The translations under genes and the position numbers were made by a program. A stretch of 63,195 bases of DNA, filler included, from Basidioascus undulatus (lineage: Eukaryota): assembly GCA_000826855.1 (NCBI GenBank). It is 14 parts of 14 records of this genome, joined end to end, with 100 filler letters (N's around TTAATTAATTAA, not from the genome) between each part and the next. Parts side by side here need not be neighbours in the genome. Positions count along the whole stretch, not along the records: positions 36,067 to 38,972 come from JTLS01002583.1; positions 39,073 to 42,009 come from JTLS01002584.1; positions 42,110 to 45,043 come from JTLS01002585.1; positions 45,144 to 48,076 come from JTLS01002586.1; positions 48,177 to 51,103 come from JTLS01002587.1; 9 more parts are not named here. One strand, given 5' to 3'. Positions 35,967-48,247 of the stretch are shown here, in pieces (the stretch's first letter is position 1; each line of letters opens with the position of its first letter). The notes under the pieces were generated by a model. The model searched no databases and was not told the DNA's origin. It worked only from the letters and a program-made list of their open reading frames with translations.

Positions 35967-37392
35967 NNNNNNNNNNNNNNNNNNNNNNNNNNNNNNNNNN
36001 NNNNNNNNNNTTAATTAATTAANNNNNNNNNNNNNNNNNNNNNNNNNNNNNNNNNNNNNNNNNNNNGGGCGGCGGGGGGGGGGGGGGCGGGGGTTCTATT
36101 GGGTATTGGGTGGCATTGGGTGGAGGATAGGGGAAGGGCGCACGTCGTCGAATGCGCACTGGCCGTTAGGACCAGGGCGGCGAGCAGGCTGAGGCTGCGG
36201 ATGAGGTGAATGATGAGATTGAGACTAGGCGTGCAGGATCCCGCTTACTCTTCCCTCTAAACTTTATAGTAAATGTCTGTTTCACGGTCCCAGGCAGAAA
36301 GTCATCCCGAATGAGCACGGAGCGGTGCCCGGCGGACAGTGGTCGCAGCGTGTGCGGATCGTGAGTTTGCTCGGCGAAAGATCCGCAATCCTGCAAGGCC
36401 ATCCAAACCGCGTGGAATGGCGCTTATCGTGCAGTCTACTCTAGAAAAGTACAGAACAGGCAAGGTGGAAGCGCCGGAGCTGCCCAGCACAGCGATGCCG
36501 CCTGCGTGCTGCAGGCCGTGGCATACCCTCGAGCACGGAACGGGTCTGGAACGGGTTCGAACCGCGATGGCTGTTCGGGCACGGTCAACGCGAAACATCG
36601 AACATCCATCACATCCATCAGTTTGTCGTGATGCGGACGTGTGTGCGTGCGCTTGGCGATCGTTCCATTTGGGCGAGCCAGCAAATTTTCGGACATCCAT
36701 CCATCGTTGGCAGTGTGGCGGGAAGGTTAACCTGCCGGTGAGGCACGTTGTCGACCGTGACGGTGACGGATTCTCAATTCCAAAGTGGTCCATAGGAAGA
36801 ATTGAGCCGTGAGCTTTCGAAACCGCGGCAGACATCGAACTCTGCGGAGGGTGTGGCAGCAGCAGCTGCGCATGCCCAGACTTGACGCGGACCCACCTGC
36901 GAAGCTGCAACCGCCTGGATTCTTTGATGTTGAAAATGCCATGCGCTGAGTCGCATGCGAAAGGCAGACGCACGACTCTTCCGAAAGCGTCAAGTGCCTC
37001 CATCAGACCTTCGCACGATCGTCGGTACGGTGCAAATCTCAAGAAGCGAGAGTATGCAGTGGGCTCATCCGGCATAAAATCGCGAAAAGTCTTCTAAGAT
37101 CAAAGCCCTGCGGTGCCTCAGCACGACTGACCATCAGCGAGCCAGCGAGCGAGCCGCCCGCGCCGACAGTACGTCAGCCAGGCACATGCCGTTCCCCCGC
37201 AAACAGAGCTCGCATTCCAAAATGCAGATACGTTTATAAAGCTTCCATGCGCAGAAAAGGGTGAAAAGTAAGAAAACTGTGGTATAAGCGCTGCGAGTCG
37301 GAGGAGTGTCGGGTCGTAGGGGTTAGAGAGGGAACGGATGAAAGGGGTGAGGGAAGCGGGGGCGTAAGAGGAAAAGGGTTGGCGCGCGCTGC

Positions 37393-38821
37393 TCAGTTGT
37401 AGAACTTGCGCGCCGGGTTGGGGCCGAAGAGGTCATGCCTGATTTCGGGCAGGGACTGTGCGTGCACCAATTGCATTCCTTCATCAGCTCTCACTCTCTC
37501 TCTCTCTCTCTCTCTCTCTCGCGGTCGGAAAAGAGGGTATGGGGGCAGAAGAAGAAAGAGGGGAGAAGGGACAAAGGGCACGCGCACCTTCTCCTCAAGC
37601 AGACTCAGCCGCTCGTCCAGCGTGTTGTTGATCGTCACGCGCCCGCCGAGCGCGCGGAGGACGACACCGCCGTTCCTGTTCGGCCCCACGTCTTTCCGAT
37701 CAGTATCTCGTTCCTCCCCGCACTTTCTTGCTTCCCTGCGTCCTGCCTTCCGTCTTCCCCCAACCCAGCTGGTCCCATCCCCTTCCCATCTTCCGCATCG
37801 CCCCCCCAGCCTCCTAGCCTTCGAACTCAGGACCCGAGACCAACGACAGAGGAACGGGCGGGGGAGAAAGGCGCCAGAGGAGGGCTTGAGAAGAAGGGCG
37901 GCAGAGAAGCGCTCGGGAAAAGGGCCGGAGCCAAAGCAGGCGAGGTGTGGAAATGAAGAAGGAAACCGAACGCACCCCTCGTCCCCCCCCTCCGCCTGCA
38001 CATCAATCTTGACCTCCCTGCCGCTGAGGTCCTTGTACCGCGCGGCAGCCTTGTCCGCCGCGCCGCGCGCGACGGACGCGTCCTTCTTGCGCACTTCGAC
38101 CACGGCGGTGGGCTCCATGAGCTGGAGGAGGCACTGTGTGCGTGTCCACTCATGTCAGCATTGCTCCTGCTTCCTTTCTGGATCCGGGCCGGAGGGGAAA
38201 GGAAGGAGAGAGAAGGAGAGGGATTGGTTGGGAAACAGGTGGAACGGCGGGAAGGGGAAAGAGCAGAGGTGAGGGGATGAGAGGAAAGGCCAGGGCAGGG
38301 GAATGGTATGGGGACGGGAGAAGTGAAAGCGGGGGGGGTACGAGGAGGATCAAGGCGAGAGCGCACCTGCAGGATCAGATTCTCAAGCAGCCCGCCATAG
38401 TCGGCCGACTTGCTCGACAGGTTCGCGACGCCCTTGCGCGCCGCATCAAACAGGTCGGCAAGGCGCTCCTCGCGCGCGGCGAGCACCTTCAGGCGGGCCT
38501 TGTTGGTTTGGGTGGATTGGGCGCTGGAGACGACCACGAACGGATCAGTTCCAGCTTGATCACCTTAGAGCCGAGAGAAAGAACAATGGGACAGAGGGAG
38601 GGGGGACGGGGGACGGGGATGGAGAGAGGAGAGAGGGAAGGGGCAGAGGGATGAGGGAGGGAGAGGGAGGAACAGGGAGACGAGGGGAGAGGGAGAGGGG
38701 GAAGGTGCGAGCGAGGGAAGGAAGGATTGAGAACGGACATCTTCTGCGCGACAATAGCCTGCTTCTTCCTCTTCTCAAACGCAGCCTCGATGTTGATGCT
38801 CTCCTGGCGGACGATCTTGGC
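37393..38821 (-). CDS. VMA4: V-type H+-ATPase V1 subunit E (5' exons missing)
   Basis: AKIVRQESINIE...AQK|..QSTQTNKARLKVLAAREE...LILQ|CLLQLMEP...|GGVVL...RVTINNTLDERL...|SLPEIRHDLFGPNPARKFYN*. Confidence 0.96.
37494..37520. repeat. (CT)n microsatellite in the last VMA4 intron
   Basis: About 13 CT units. Confidence 0.9.
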
Positions 38822-39072
38822 CTGCGGGCGTGCGTGGGGATCAAGCACTCAGCGTTCCGTTCCCTGCCTCCCAGCCTCACAAGCGAACAGCGCCCGGGGA
38901 ATCGGGGAGCGCGATGGAGGTGGGAATATGGGGTATGGGATGGAGGAGTACTAGGTTGGAGTGGGAAATGGGNNNNNNNNNNNNNNNNNNNNNNNNNNNN
39001 NNNNNNNNNNNNNNNNTTAATTAATTAANNNNNNNNNNNNNNNNNNNNNNNNNNNNNNNNNNNNNNNNNNNN

Positions 39073-39894
39073 AAGAAAGACAAGGGAAAGGAGGAGAAGA
39101 GAGAGGCTAAAGGGGAAGGTTGACTGAAGGGTGGGAGAGAAAGAGGGAGAGGGAGAAGGAGAGGGAGGGAAGGGCGAAGAGAGGGGAGAAGTGGAAGGCT
39201 TGAGGCGAGGTGGGCTTGAGGGACGGACTGAAATTGAGGGATTCGGGGGTACTGGAGTTGAGGGGCGTATAGGCGGTTATCAGGTGGATGCGGTGGTTGG
39301 TAATTCAAAGAGACATTGTCCCTCAGTCAGGTCAAGGATGAGCTCAAGACGTTGGCGACGTGAAAGCAAGTCACGCACTCGGGTATCGCCTCTTCCTCAT
39401 CCTCGTCCTTCACCATGGCCTCCTGATTCAGCACCTCAAACGGACTCGCACCACCCTCACCCGCCATCGCGTCCTCCTCCTCCCGCACCTCCTCGTCCAT
39501 CCCAAGCACCTGCCCTCCCTCCTCATCCTCGCACCAGCTCAACGCATCCCACCCCCGCGCGGATCTCGTCCCAGAAGGCATCCAGGACGAGGCACTGCCT
39601 CCCGCCCACCACACGCGGAGCTCGATCAGGCCGCTCAGGGCTGGGAAGAGCGCGACGAGGCGGGTTATGAATTGCTGCGGTGGGAATTGGATTAAGGATG
39701 AATTGGGAGTGGGAAGGGGAAAGGGGAGAGAGATATGGGAAGGGGGAGAGAAGTACGGGTATGGTGAGCCGCCCGAGTTGCGCGTGGGTGACGCCGATGA
39801 GCGCGGAGGAGGGGTCGGCGGAGGAGGAGGGACGAGACGCGTTTGCGCTTGAGGGCGGTGGGGGCGTGGTTCTGGATGGGGTGTGGGAGGACAC
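39073..39894 (-). CDS. Hypothetical protein (spliced, start uncertain, runs to contig end)
   Basis: SSHTPSR...LIGVTHAQLGRLTIP|QFITRLVALFPALSGLIELRVWWAGG...EAIPE|DNVSLNYQPPHP. Introns are canonical but no family is recognised. Confidence 0.5.
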
Positions 39895-40115
39895 TGGGTG
39901 GGGTATATTGTGAGGGTGCGGTGGGTATGAGTATGAGTGAGTGGGAGATGATGGTGGTCCGGAGGCAAGAGGCGAGCGAGGGTTGCGGTCGAGAGAAGAC
40001 CGGCCGTCTTCTTACTGCCGTCATTTCTCTCGAGGTCAGCTTGTTCTTGTTCTTCACCGTCTTCCATCTCGCCTCGAACTCTGCCCTGTCCAATCCTAGG
40101 TCTACAGCAAGCAAT

Positions 40116-40798
40116 ATGTCCACCGCACCCCCCGCGCCCATCGTCCCGCGCCCGCTCTTCGGAGGCGCAATCGTGATGCCCCTCCCGGCAGACTTTATCG
40201 ACGCATCGTGCGTGTGGACTACCCGGGCGCTAAAGCCGCAGGAGAGCGTGCTGACTTGCGGGATGGGTGATGGGCGATGGAAGGGATCTCCGCCAGGTAC
40301 CGGACACGCAGGAGGTGTTCCTCGAGCCTCAGGGCGAGATCAGCGCCATCGTCGAGATCCTCCAGCCTGTCGAGCCTGAAGACCCAGCCCAAGCAGCGCA
40401 GTCCGTCCACTAGCTCTCTCTTCCCCCCATTTTCTTGCCCACTCCTCATACCCACATCATTGCTCCACAGATTCCACTTTGACTCCCTTGCGCACGACAA
40501 CTCCGCGCTCTCCTCCTCCCTCCTCTCCCCGCCGAGCCAGCCCTACCCTACGCAGAACCCCCCCCCGACGACGCTCGCGGGCACGCAGAAGGTGACCAAG
40601 TTCAACGCGGCGGAGCCCGACGACGTGCGGATCTACCTCTCGCTGTGGCGCGTGCCGCGCAAGGCGGACGTCGTGCTCAGCGTCAACGTGCCGGTCCGCC
40701 GGGGCGAGCGGGGGGAGGCGGAGGTGCGCAGGGCGGAGGAGGTCTGGAGGACGGCGACGGAGGGGTTTAAGATCCTGGATTTCGGGCTGTTTGCGTAG
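40116..40798 (+). CDS. MOG1: Ran guanine nucleotide release factor Mog1
   Basis: RPLFGGAIVMPLPADFIDAS|DLRQVPDTQEVF...IVEILQPV|..FHFDSLAHDN...GTQKVTKFN...DVVLSVNVP...FKILDFGLFA*. Complete, 3 exons. Confidence 0.95.
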
Positions 40799-41027
40799 CC
40801 TGATGGTGATGCTTGAAATCATTATTTCTGGTGTAGCTGTTGAGATCTGTCTGTGTCTCCTGCGTCTTTCTGCGCGCTCTCAGTTGCATCCGGCCCACGC
40901 GCAATGACGCGTGCCCTGAGCGCGAGGCAGCGCAGCCAGCTCAGCCTCAACGTCGACCCCTGCCTCCTCCCTGCCTCCTTCCCCCGTCTTCCCCTTGCCT
41001 ACATCCCCCCTCTCCCCCCCATTCGCG

Positions 41028-42009
41028 ATGTCCAGCATCCCCGGCATCCCCAACAGCGGCGTGCACAGTCTCGCGACCGTCCTCAAGCGGCTCGAAGCCG
41101 CCACCGCCCGGCTCGAAGACATTGCGCTCGCACAAGCAAACGCCAGCGCCGTGCACCGCGCCGCGCCGGACCTCGCGCCGCACGTTCCTTCCGCCACTCC
41201 CCCCCCTGCGGCGCCCGCTGCCGCCGCGCCCCTGGAGGAGGACGAGCTGCCCCTGAGCATCAAGGCGTACGACAAGTGGCTCGCGGGGCCGGTGGGCGAG
41301 TACGTGCGCCTGTCGGGCGAGGTCGGCCACCCGTTCGTCGAGCAGCAGGCGCAGACCGTCTTCGAGCTCTTCACCCAGACCCGCGACGTCCTTCTCCGCG
41401 CCGGCGCGTGCGTCAAGCCCGCCGCGCAGACCGAGTTCCAGGACGCCCTCGCCCCGCTCGTGGCTCTCCTCAGACAGGTCGGCGACGCAGCCGCGAACAA
41501 GGAGGTCGGCGGCGAGATCGTCAACCACCTCAAGGCTGTTGCGGAGGGTATCGGCGCAGCGGGGTGGATCACCGTCGTGCGCTTCCCTCTTGCCTTCTTT
41601 GTGCGACACAGGCTGATGGATCGGGCGAGGGCGACAGGAGCCCAAGCCCGGCCCCTTCATCGGCGAGATGAAGGACGCCGCTCAGTTCTACGCAAACAGG
41701 GTGATCAAGGACTTTCGGGACAAGTGTGTCGTGCTCTCCCACCCTCTACCCGCGCCGCCTCGTGGTGCTGATGATGGATTCCAGGGACAACAAGCAGGTC
41801 GACTGGGCCAAGAGCTTCTCGACGCTCCTCGCCGAGCTGCAGAAGTACGTGATGGCGCACCACACGACCGGGCTGGCATGGAACGCGAAGGTTCGTCCCT
41901 CTCCCCGTCAATCACCCATCCCCACCCTTCCTTTCCTCACCCCCTCCCCCTTTTTTCGCTCGCTGCGACTGACCGGGAATCCCCTGGCAGCGGCGCGCTC
42001 GCCGGCGAT
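41028..42009 (+). CDS. SRV2: Adenylyl cyclase-associated protein CAP/Srv2, N-terminal half (truncated)
   Basis: LATVLKRLEAATARLED (RLE motif), NHLKAVAEGIGAAGWI, PGPFIGEMKDAAQFYANRVIKDF, YVMAHHTTGLAWN. Confidence 0.96.
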
Positions 42010-42109
42010 NNNNNNNNNNNNNNNNNNNNNNNNNNNNNNNNNNNNNNNNNNNNTTAATTAATTAANNNNNNNNNNNNNNNNNNNNNNNNNNNNNNNNNNN
42101 NNNNNNNNN

Positions 42110-42265
42110 ATCTATCTGAAGAGGTTGTGGTTGGAAGAGAACGGGGAGGGGGTGGTTAATTCTCGGAGGGGATTGGGGAGGGAGAGAAGGAAAGCGTGCG
42201 AACCTGAGGGTGCGGGATTGCGATCGAGGAGCGGAGCGGGCGAGGGTCTGGCGAAGGGAGAACAT
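42110..42265 (-). CDS. First exon of a probable mitochondrial protein (truncated)
   Basis: MFSLRQTLARSAPRSQSRTL resembles a mitochondrial presequence and is followed by a GTTCGC donor. Divergent from GPC1. Confidence 0.45.
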
Positions 42266-42577
42266 GGCAAGGTATGGCGTGTTTGAACCGGTCGAGAGCT
42301 CTGCTCGTGCTGCTTTGTTAGGTGTGTTGTCTGATCGTTATGGTGGTGAAAGTGCAAGAGAAAGAGAGAAGACGCGAGCGGGCCTTGATGGAGCGCAGGG
42401 GAAAGACGTCATCTTGGTGGCCTTGACTGACGTTGACGTCGAGCACGTTGCCGTTTGGCGCGTGAAAGTGATAAGTCCAAGCTCGTTGCACTCTTTTCTT
42501 GTTCCCTCCTTCTCCTCTTTGTTCCGTACCACGACCATCACGACCTCCTCGACCGGTAACGAATACACACGAATCCA

Positions 42578-45019
42578 ATGACAACCCCCTCCGAATCCCC
42601 CAGCACGTCCACGCCCGCCTCGCCCAAGCCCGCGCGGCCCACGCTCGGTCGCAAGCTGTCCGACTGGAGCGGGCGCTCAGACGACGACTCGCCGTTAGAA
42701 TGGGTGCCCTCCGCATTCACGCTCATCGACGGTACGTCTCCCCACCCTCACTTCCCCATCTCCCCCTCACAAACCCGCATCTCCCCCCATAGTCATCGAC
42801 ACCTTCGTCGACAGCCGCCTCGACCTCTTCGAGCGCCGCCTGCGCGCGACGTCCGATAAGCTGCGATTGCGCGCCTCCAGCGTAAAGACCCGCGCAGCGG
42901 AGGCGCTCTCGGGCGGGATTGCGGTCGAGTGGGACGGCCCTGTGCGCGCGCGCGAGGTGTACGAGAGGGAGGTCGCGAAGTACAAGCTCAAGGTGCGTTC
43001 GGATGGGGAACACGTGGGGTGGGAATGCTGAGCTGGAGAGTCTGCCTCCTCCTCTCACAGGTATCCACGCGGGTGCAGCGCTTGGCCCAGAAATGGAGGG
43101 ACGCGACGGTGGTGCGGACGAGGGACAAGCTCAGCTTCTGCTTTGGGTGCGTCGCGCTCGCCGTCGTCTTCTGGAGACTTCCTTGCCAGGCATGCTCATC
43201 ACTGGCAGGGTGCAGCGTGTTCAATGTCCTCCTCTCCGCACTCCTCTACGGGAACGCCCCAGAATGGGTGCACATCGCGTACACCGCCCAAGCGCTCTAC
43301 TTCCTCCCAGTGTGCGTCCTTCCCTCCATCCACCCTTCCCTTCCCCTTAGTCTCAGCGCCAACCTCCTGACATATACTGCCCCCACAGCCGAATCTACAC
43401 CTACCGACGCAAAAGCTACCACTACTTTCTCTTCGACATGTGAGCCAGCATCCTCTCCACAAACTACCCCTTGTCCGGCGACTGAATCTTGACCTGTTCG
43501 CGCAGGTGCTACTACGCGACGCTCCTCAACCTCGCGTACATCTGGCTCTTCCCCGCGAGCCAGACGGTATTCATCGCCGCATACTGCATGACCATGGGTG
43601 CGCATTCCTCTCCTTCCCGTCATCGCTTACTGCACATGTGACCTACTCATCCTTGCGGCCAAAGGTCCCCTCGCATGGGCCGTCGCGACCTGGCGCAACA
43701 GGTAGGCCCCGGCCCACTCCCCCAAAAGGAACGGGACTAACGCCCCTGGGAACAGCCTGGTGTTCCACTCCCTCGACAAAGTCACCTCCCTCTTCATCCA
43801 CATCTACCCGCCGCTCGTCTTCCACGTGATCGTGCACGACTTCCCGGGGCGCGAGACGCGCTTCCCTGCCCTCACCGCTATGCCGCGCCTCGAGCCGGTC
43901 AAGGCGCTGCTGTATACGTCTGTCATCTGTGCGTGGGCCGCCTTGGGTGCGAGGGGAGGGGAGGGGGAGGATGCTGACTAGGGACGGAGGGCAGATCTGA
44001 TTTGGCAAGGTCAGGACGGGCGCTTGTCTTTGGGGGAAGAAGATGGGGTGGAGGGCTGACGGGGTTGAGTGCGGCGTGCAGGACTGTATTGGCGTGTGGG
44101 TACTTTCTACAGAGTATGGCATTCCCCTTGGCACTGACAGAGCCTCGTCTCGCAGTTCATCCTCGTCGGCCGCCGCGACAAGATCGGCGAAGGCGAGGGG
44201 AAGCGCACCACCTCCTTCTCCTAGTCCGTCCCGGTCCATTTCCTCATTCCTCAACTGCACACTTACCTTCCGTGATCCGTGATCGGCGCTCCATGCTCAG
44301 CCTCGTGAACGACAAGCGCGGCGCGATTGGGCGCGCGCTCGAGTACTTCAAGCCGCGGAACCGCGAATGGGTGTTCATGCTCGCGCAGTTTTGTGCGTCC
44401 CATCCCCTAAAGCCCTTCTGCGCTCCCCTGTGGGTTTCCGCTTGCTGATAGGTGGTGGAGGTGGGGCAGTGTACACGATCTTCACGATGCTCCCCGCAGT
44501 CTTCTTCTTCTACAATAGCTCGCGCGCGAGCGGCGCGTTTCTGCTGTTCATCTTTGGGGTGTCGACGTGGAGTATGTCTGGTTTTTGCGAAGCGGTTTCG
44601 CGGTGGCGCGGGTGCTGATGGTTTTGCTGCGGTTTGCAGACGGCGCTTGCTATTGTGAGTCTTAACAGACGCGACTTTCAATCTGCTGTGTGCTGATCAA
44701 CATCTGACTCTCCACCAGACGTCGAGGTCTTCGGCCGTCGGCACGTCTCCTCCTTTCCTTCCCCTCTTCCCACGCACCAATGCTCACCCCCGCTCCCTCT
44801 CGCAGGTTCGAGCGCGAGCTCGAGTCGCTCCGCAAAGAGCTGGAAGCAGCGACGTCCTCTCCGACGCCTGCGCCCACGCCGACACCCGCTGCCGTCGATG
44901 CGGATGTGGACGAGATGGATATTGCGAAGGACGAGGGCGACCATGGAGAGGCGATTCCGGAGCCGGAGCCGATGTCTATGCCTGAGGCGGTGAGAGATGA
45001 GGATAGGAAGAGGCGATAA
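42578..45019 (+). CDS. GPC1: Glycerophosphocholine acyltransferase (DUF2838), about 16 exons
   Basis: [95 protein letters not shown]. Confidence 0.94.
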
Positions 45020-45386
45020 TACGGGGTGCGGGTGCGAGAGGAANNNNNNNNNNNNNNNNNNNNNNNNNNNNNNNNNNNNNNNNNNNNTTAATTAATTAAN
45101 NNNNNNNNNNNNNNNNNNNNNNNNNNNNNNNNNNNNNNNNNNNCTTCCTGGGGGGGGAGGTGGTGGTGAGGAAGGGGGGGGGCAGGAGGAGCAGGAGGAC
45201 AAAAGAACAAAGGAGACTGGGAGACAGGACGCGGTGCGGGGGGCGGATGCGAATCACGCTCGGGCGCGGGCGCAGCGGTACTGTACTCTGGGGCATAGAC
45301 CGCTCTCTGCCCCCGATTCTGCCGCCGAGTCGCCACTCTCAAGCGACTGACACCCACCGCCGTTGCACCGCGTCGCATCTCAAGAC

Positions 45387-45474
45387 CAAGACCGAGATGA
45401 GCGACCTCGCGATCGGGACGCTCACGCTGCTCTGCTTGCTCGGCGCGGTCCTCATCGTCGACTGGCTGTCCTGA
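45387..45474 (+). CDS. Possible terminal exon encoding a C-terminal transmembrane helix
   Basis: TKTEMSDLAIGTLTLLCLLGAVLIVDWLS*, preceded by a CTGAC branch-like site. The upstream part cannot be resolved. Confidence 0.3.
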
Positions 45475-45731
45475 GCGCTCCTCCCCGGCCCATCTCGCCT
45501 CTGCAACATTCCGATACACGAACGAAGACGATCTACATGCCTGCTTCCTTCTCTTCCCAATCCACCCCATCTCCATCCCCACTCCCCACACCTCCATTCC
45601 GAGCTCGCATCTTTCGCCTGCACTCACACCAGCACACGTACGTCCACGCACCCAAACCATCTCTCTAACACTCCATGCATCTCACCCCCTCACCGCTCTC
45701 TCCTACAGCGCCTCACACCTCACCGCACACC

Positions 45732-46607
45732 TCACCGCAAAGCCCTCAGCAGCCCCCCAGCGCGCGTGAGGACGTGTGCGACGCGCGCGAGAGGGGAGGG
45801 TATCACGGCGGGAGTGGGGTGGGCGGGGGGCGGGCAGGCGTAGCTGTTTGTATTTCGTCCGGGGGTGGAGGAGGGAAATGAAGTGGTTTGTGGAGCGTTT
45901 GCGTGTGTGGGATAGACGGAGAAAGGAAGAAAGGAAAATGGGTGAGAGGGGTGCGGATGGGGATAAGGGAAGAAGACGCACGTAGCGTAGCCGCGGCGCT
46001 CGATCTTGTTCAGTTTGCGGGCAGTCTTGGCGTTCGTCTTTGTCCTATCAGCGCACCGTCCATCCCATCAGCACCGTCCATCCCATCAGCACCATCCCTC
46101 ACCCTCCTCGCAAAGCAGCAGGCAGGAAAAGAGAACCCAGGAAAGGAGTGTACCTCTGACCGCGCACCGGCAGCCCCATCGCGTGCCTCCTCCCCCTGTA
46201 ACTCCCAATACTCCGCATATGCTCAATGTTCCCGCGCACCTCGCGGCGCAAGTCGCTCTCGATCTTGAGCCCGGCGAGGGGGTGGCCCTCGCGCAGCGCG
46301 GGCGGGGCAGAGAGGAACGACGAGAGCGCGGTGACCTGCGCTTCGGACAACTCGGAGACGCGCAACCGGTCGTGCAGCGAGAGGTGCGCGCACAGACGCG
46401 CGGCGATGGCGGGGCCGATGCCGTAGAAGCGGGTGAGGGCGATCTGCGCGGGAAGGTGGGGGTGAGGACGGGGAGGAGAGCAGGGGAGGGGGGGGACGGA
46501 CCTTGACTTGCTTAGTGTCGGGGAGGTGGACGCCGAGGAGATGCACTATAGTGTGCGAGGGTTAGTATGAAGCGACTTTGGAAACTAGGAAATGCACTGT
46601 GCGCACT
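45732..46607 (-). CDS. SWS2: Mitochondrial ribosomal protein uS13m
   Basis: A|TG split start. MHLLGVHLPDTKQVK|IALTRFYGIG...IESDLRREVRGNIEHMRSIGSYRGRRHAMGLPVRGQ..|TNAKTARKLN...|...LLRALR*. The S13 signature YRGxRHxxGLPVRGQxTxTNA is present. Confidence 0.93.
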
Positions 46608-46793
46608 TGTAGATGAAGGGTGGGCGAGTAGAGAATGGACGAGAAGCGAGGAGCGCAAGAGCGTCTTCCCTCTTCGGCGCGCTCAAACGCCGCCCTCGCC
46701 CTCGGCCTTCCGCCTTCCCCCATTGCCATCTGCACCTCTTCGCCTCCTTCCTCCCTTCGCTAACCAACCACTAATCCATTCCATCCACTCATC

Positions 46794-48076
46794 ATGGTCC
46801 CCACCGCGCGCTGCACTCGCCAAGGCTGCACCGCGACCTTCGACCCGTCGACCCCACGCTCGGGGGACGAATGCACGTTTCATCCGGGTGCACCCGTGCG
46901 TTCCCTCCTCTCCTCCTTTCCAAAAGAGGGAGGAGGGGGAAGGCTGACGATGAAGAGGAAGGACGTGCGGAGCAGGTCTTCCACGAGGGCCTCAAGAGCT
47001 GGAGCTGCTGCAAGGACCTGCCGGGCCACAAGCCCGTCCCAGACTTTGACGAGTTCATGAAGATCCCGGTGCGTCTCCCTTTCCCCTCCCCCCATCCCCT
47101 CTCTTCCCTGGGACTGAAGTGCGGGACCACCCAAACAGGGCTGTTCGAACGGCGAGCACACCCTCTCCGCCTCGCCCGCCTCGCCCGCGCCCTCCCCCTC
47201 CCAATCCACCACCCACTCCGCCGCCGACGCCGCCCCCCAGACATTCTCGTCCGTGCCCGTGTTCAACCCCCCCGCCCGCGCAGCCGCCTCCCCCGCCGTG
47301 CGCGCGGCGTCCCCCGCCCCGGCGAAGGAGCCTGCTGCAGTAGTAGAGGACAACGATGACCTCGCGAGGGAGGTGCCCGTGGGCACGCGCTGCCGCAGGC
47401 GCGGGTGCGGGAAGGTTTGGGAGGGCGGGGAGAGGAAGGAGAGGGAGGAGGAGGGGTGCAACTGGCACCCTGGTCCGCCCGTCTTTCATGAGGGAAGCCA
47501 GGGGTACGCGTGCTGCAGACCTCGGTGAGCCTCTCCCTCCCCATCCCACCCGGCCTTCTTGCTTTCCCTTGACCGAATAAACTGACATGACAACCCCCGC
47601 GAAGCACGCTCCACTTCGACGACTTCCTCGCCATCCCCGGGTGCCGCCCCGCAAAGCGGCACCTCTTCTTCGAGCCGCAGGCTCAGGCAGGAGAGGCCGC
47701 GACGCACGTCCCCGCCCGCGTGGACTGGTACCAGACGCCGCGGACCGTGATTGTCTCGGTTTTTGCCAAGGGCGCGCAGGAGCGAGAGGGGGCGGTGGTT
47801 TTTGGGGAGAAGGAGGTGCGCTGGCTTTCCATTTCTCCTTCCGACTTCTTCTTCCCCCCTCCCTGGGCACCCTTTCAGACCAGAATGGAGTTGGAATGGG
47901 ACTTATGTGAGGGGATGTAATGCGGGGGACGCAACAGGTCAAGCTGGACCTGGACTTGCCGGAGGGGAAGAAGCATGTCCGGACCCTCCCGCTCAGCGCG
48001 GAGATCAAGCCCGCCGAGTCGTCTGCCAAGTTCTGAAGACTGCGAGGCGGTATGAAGGAGGGACTGGTGGAGAAGG
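46794..48076 (+). CDS. CHORD-CHORD-CS Hsp90 co-chaperone (CHP-1/Morgana type), 3' end truncated
   Basis: CTRQGC...CTFHPGAP|VFHEGLKSWSCC...FDEFMKIP|GC...CRRRGC...CNWHPGPPVFHEGSQGYACC|..FDDFLAIPGC...RVDWYQTPRTVIVSVFAK (CS domain). Confidence 0.94.
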
Positions 48077-48176
48077 NNNNNNNNNNNNNNNNNNNNNNNN
48101 NNNNNNNNNNNNNNNNNNNNTTAATTAATTAANNNNNNNNNNNNNNNNNNNNNNNNNNNNNNNNNNNNNNNNNNNN

Positions 48177-48247
48177 AGTCAGATACTCTACCATTGAGCC
48201 AGCCGGCCTTGACCGACGCAGGGATCGAACCTGCAACCCCCTGATCT
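48177..48247 (-). tRNA. tRNA (probably Trp-CCA) with halves in permuted order: 3' half (48247/48245-48210), 1-nt spacer (48209), 5' half (48208-48177, cut by contig end at position 33)
   Basis: The minus strand reads AGA-TCAGG-GGGTT-GCAGG-TTCGATC-CCTGC-GTCGGTC-A, then A, then GGCCGGC-TG-GCTC-AATGGTA-GAGT-A-TCTGA-CT. Acceptor (GGCCGGC/GTCGGTC), D, anticodon (TCTGA/TCAGG) and T stems all pair. The TCTGACT..AGATCAG context and A73 resemble eukaryotic tRNA-Trp. The anticodon after the 5' half is not visible. Confidence 0.85.
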
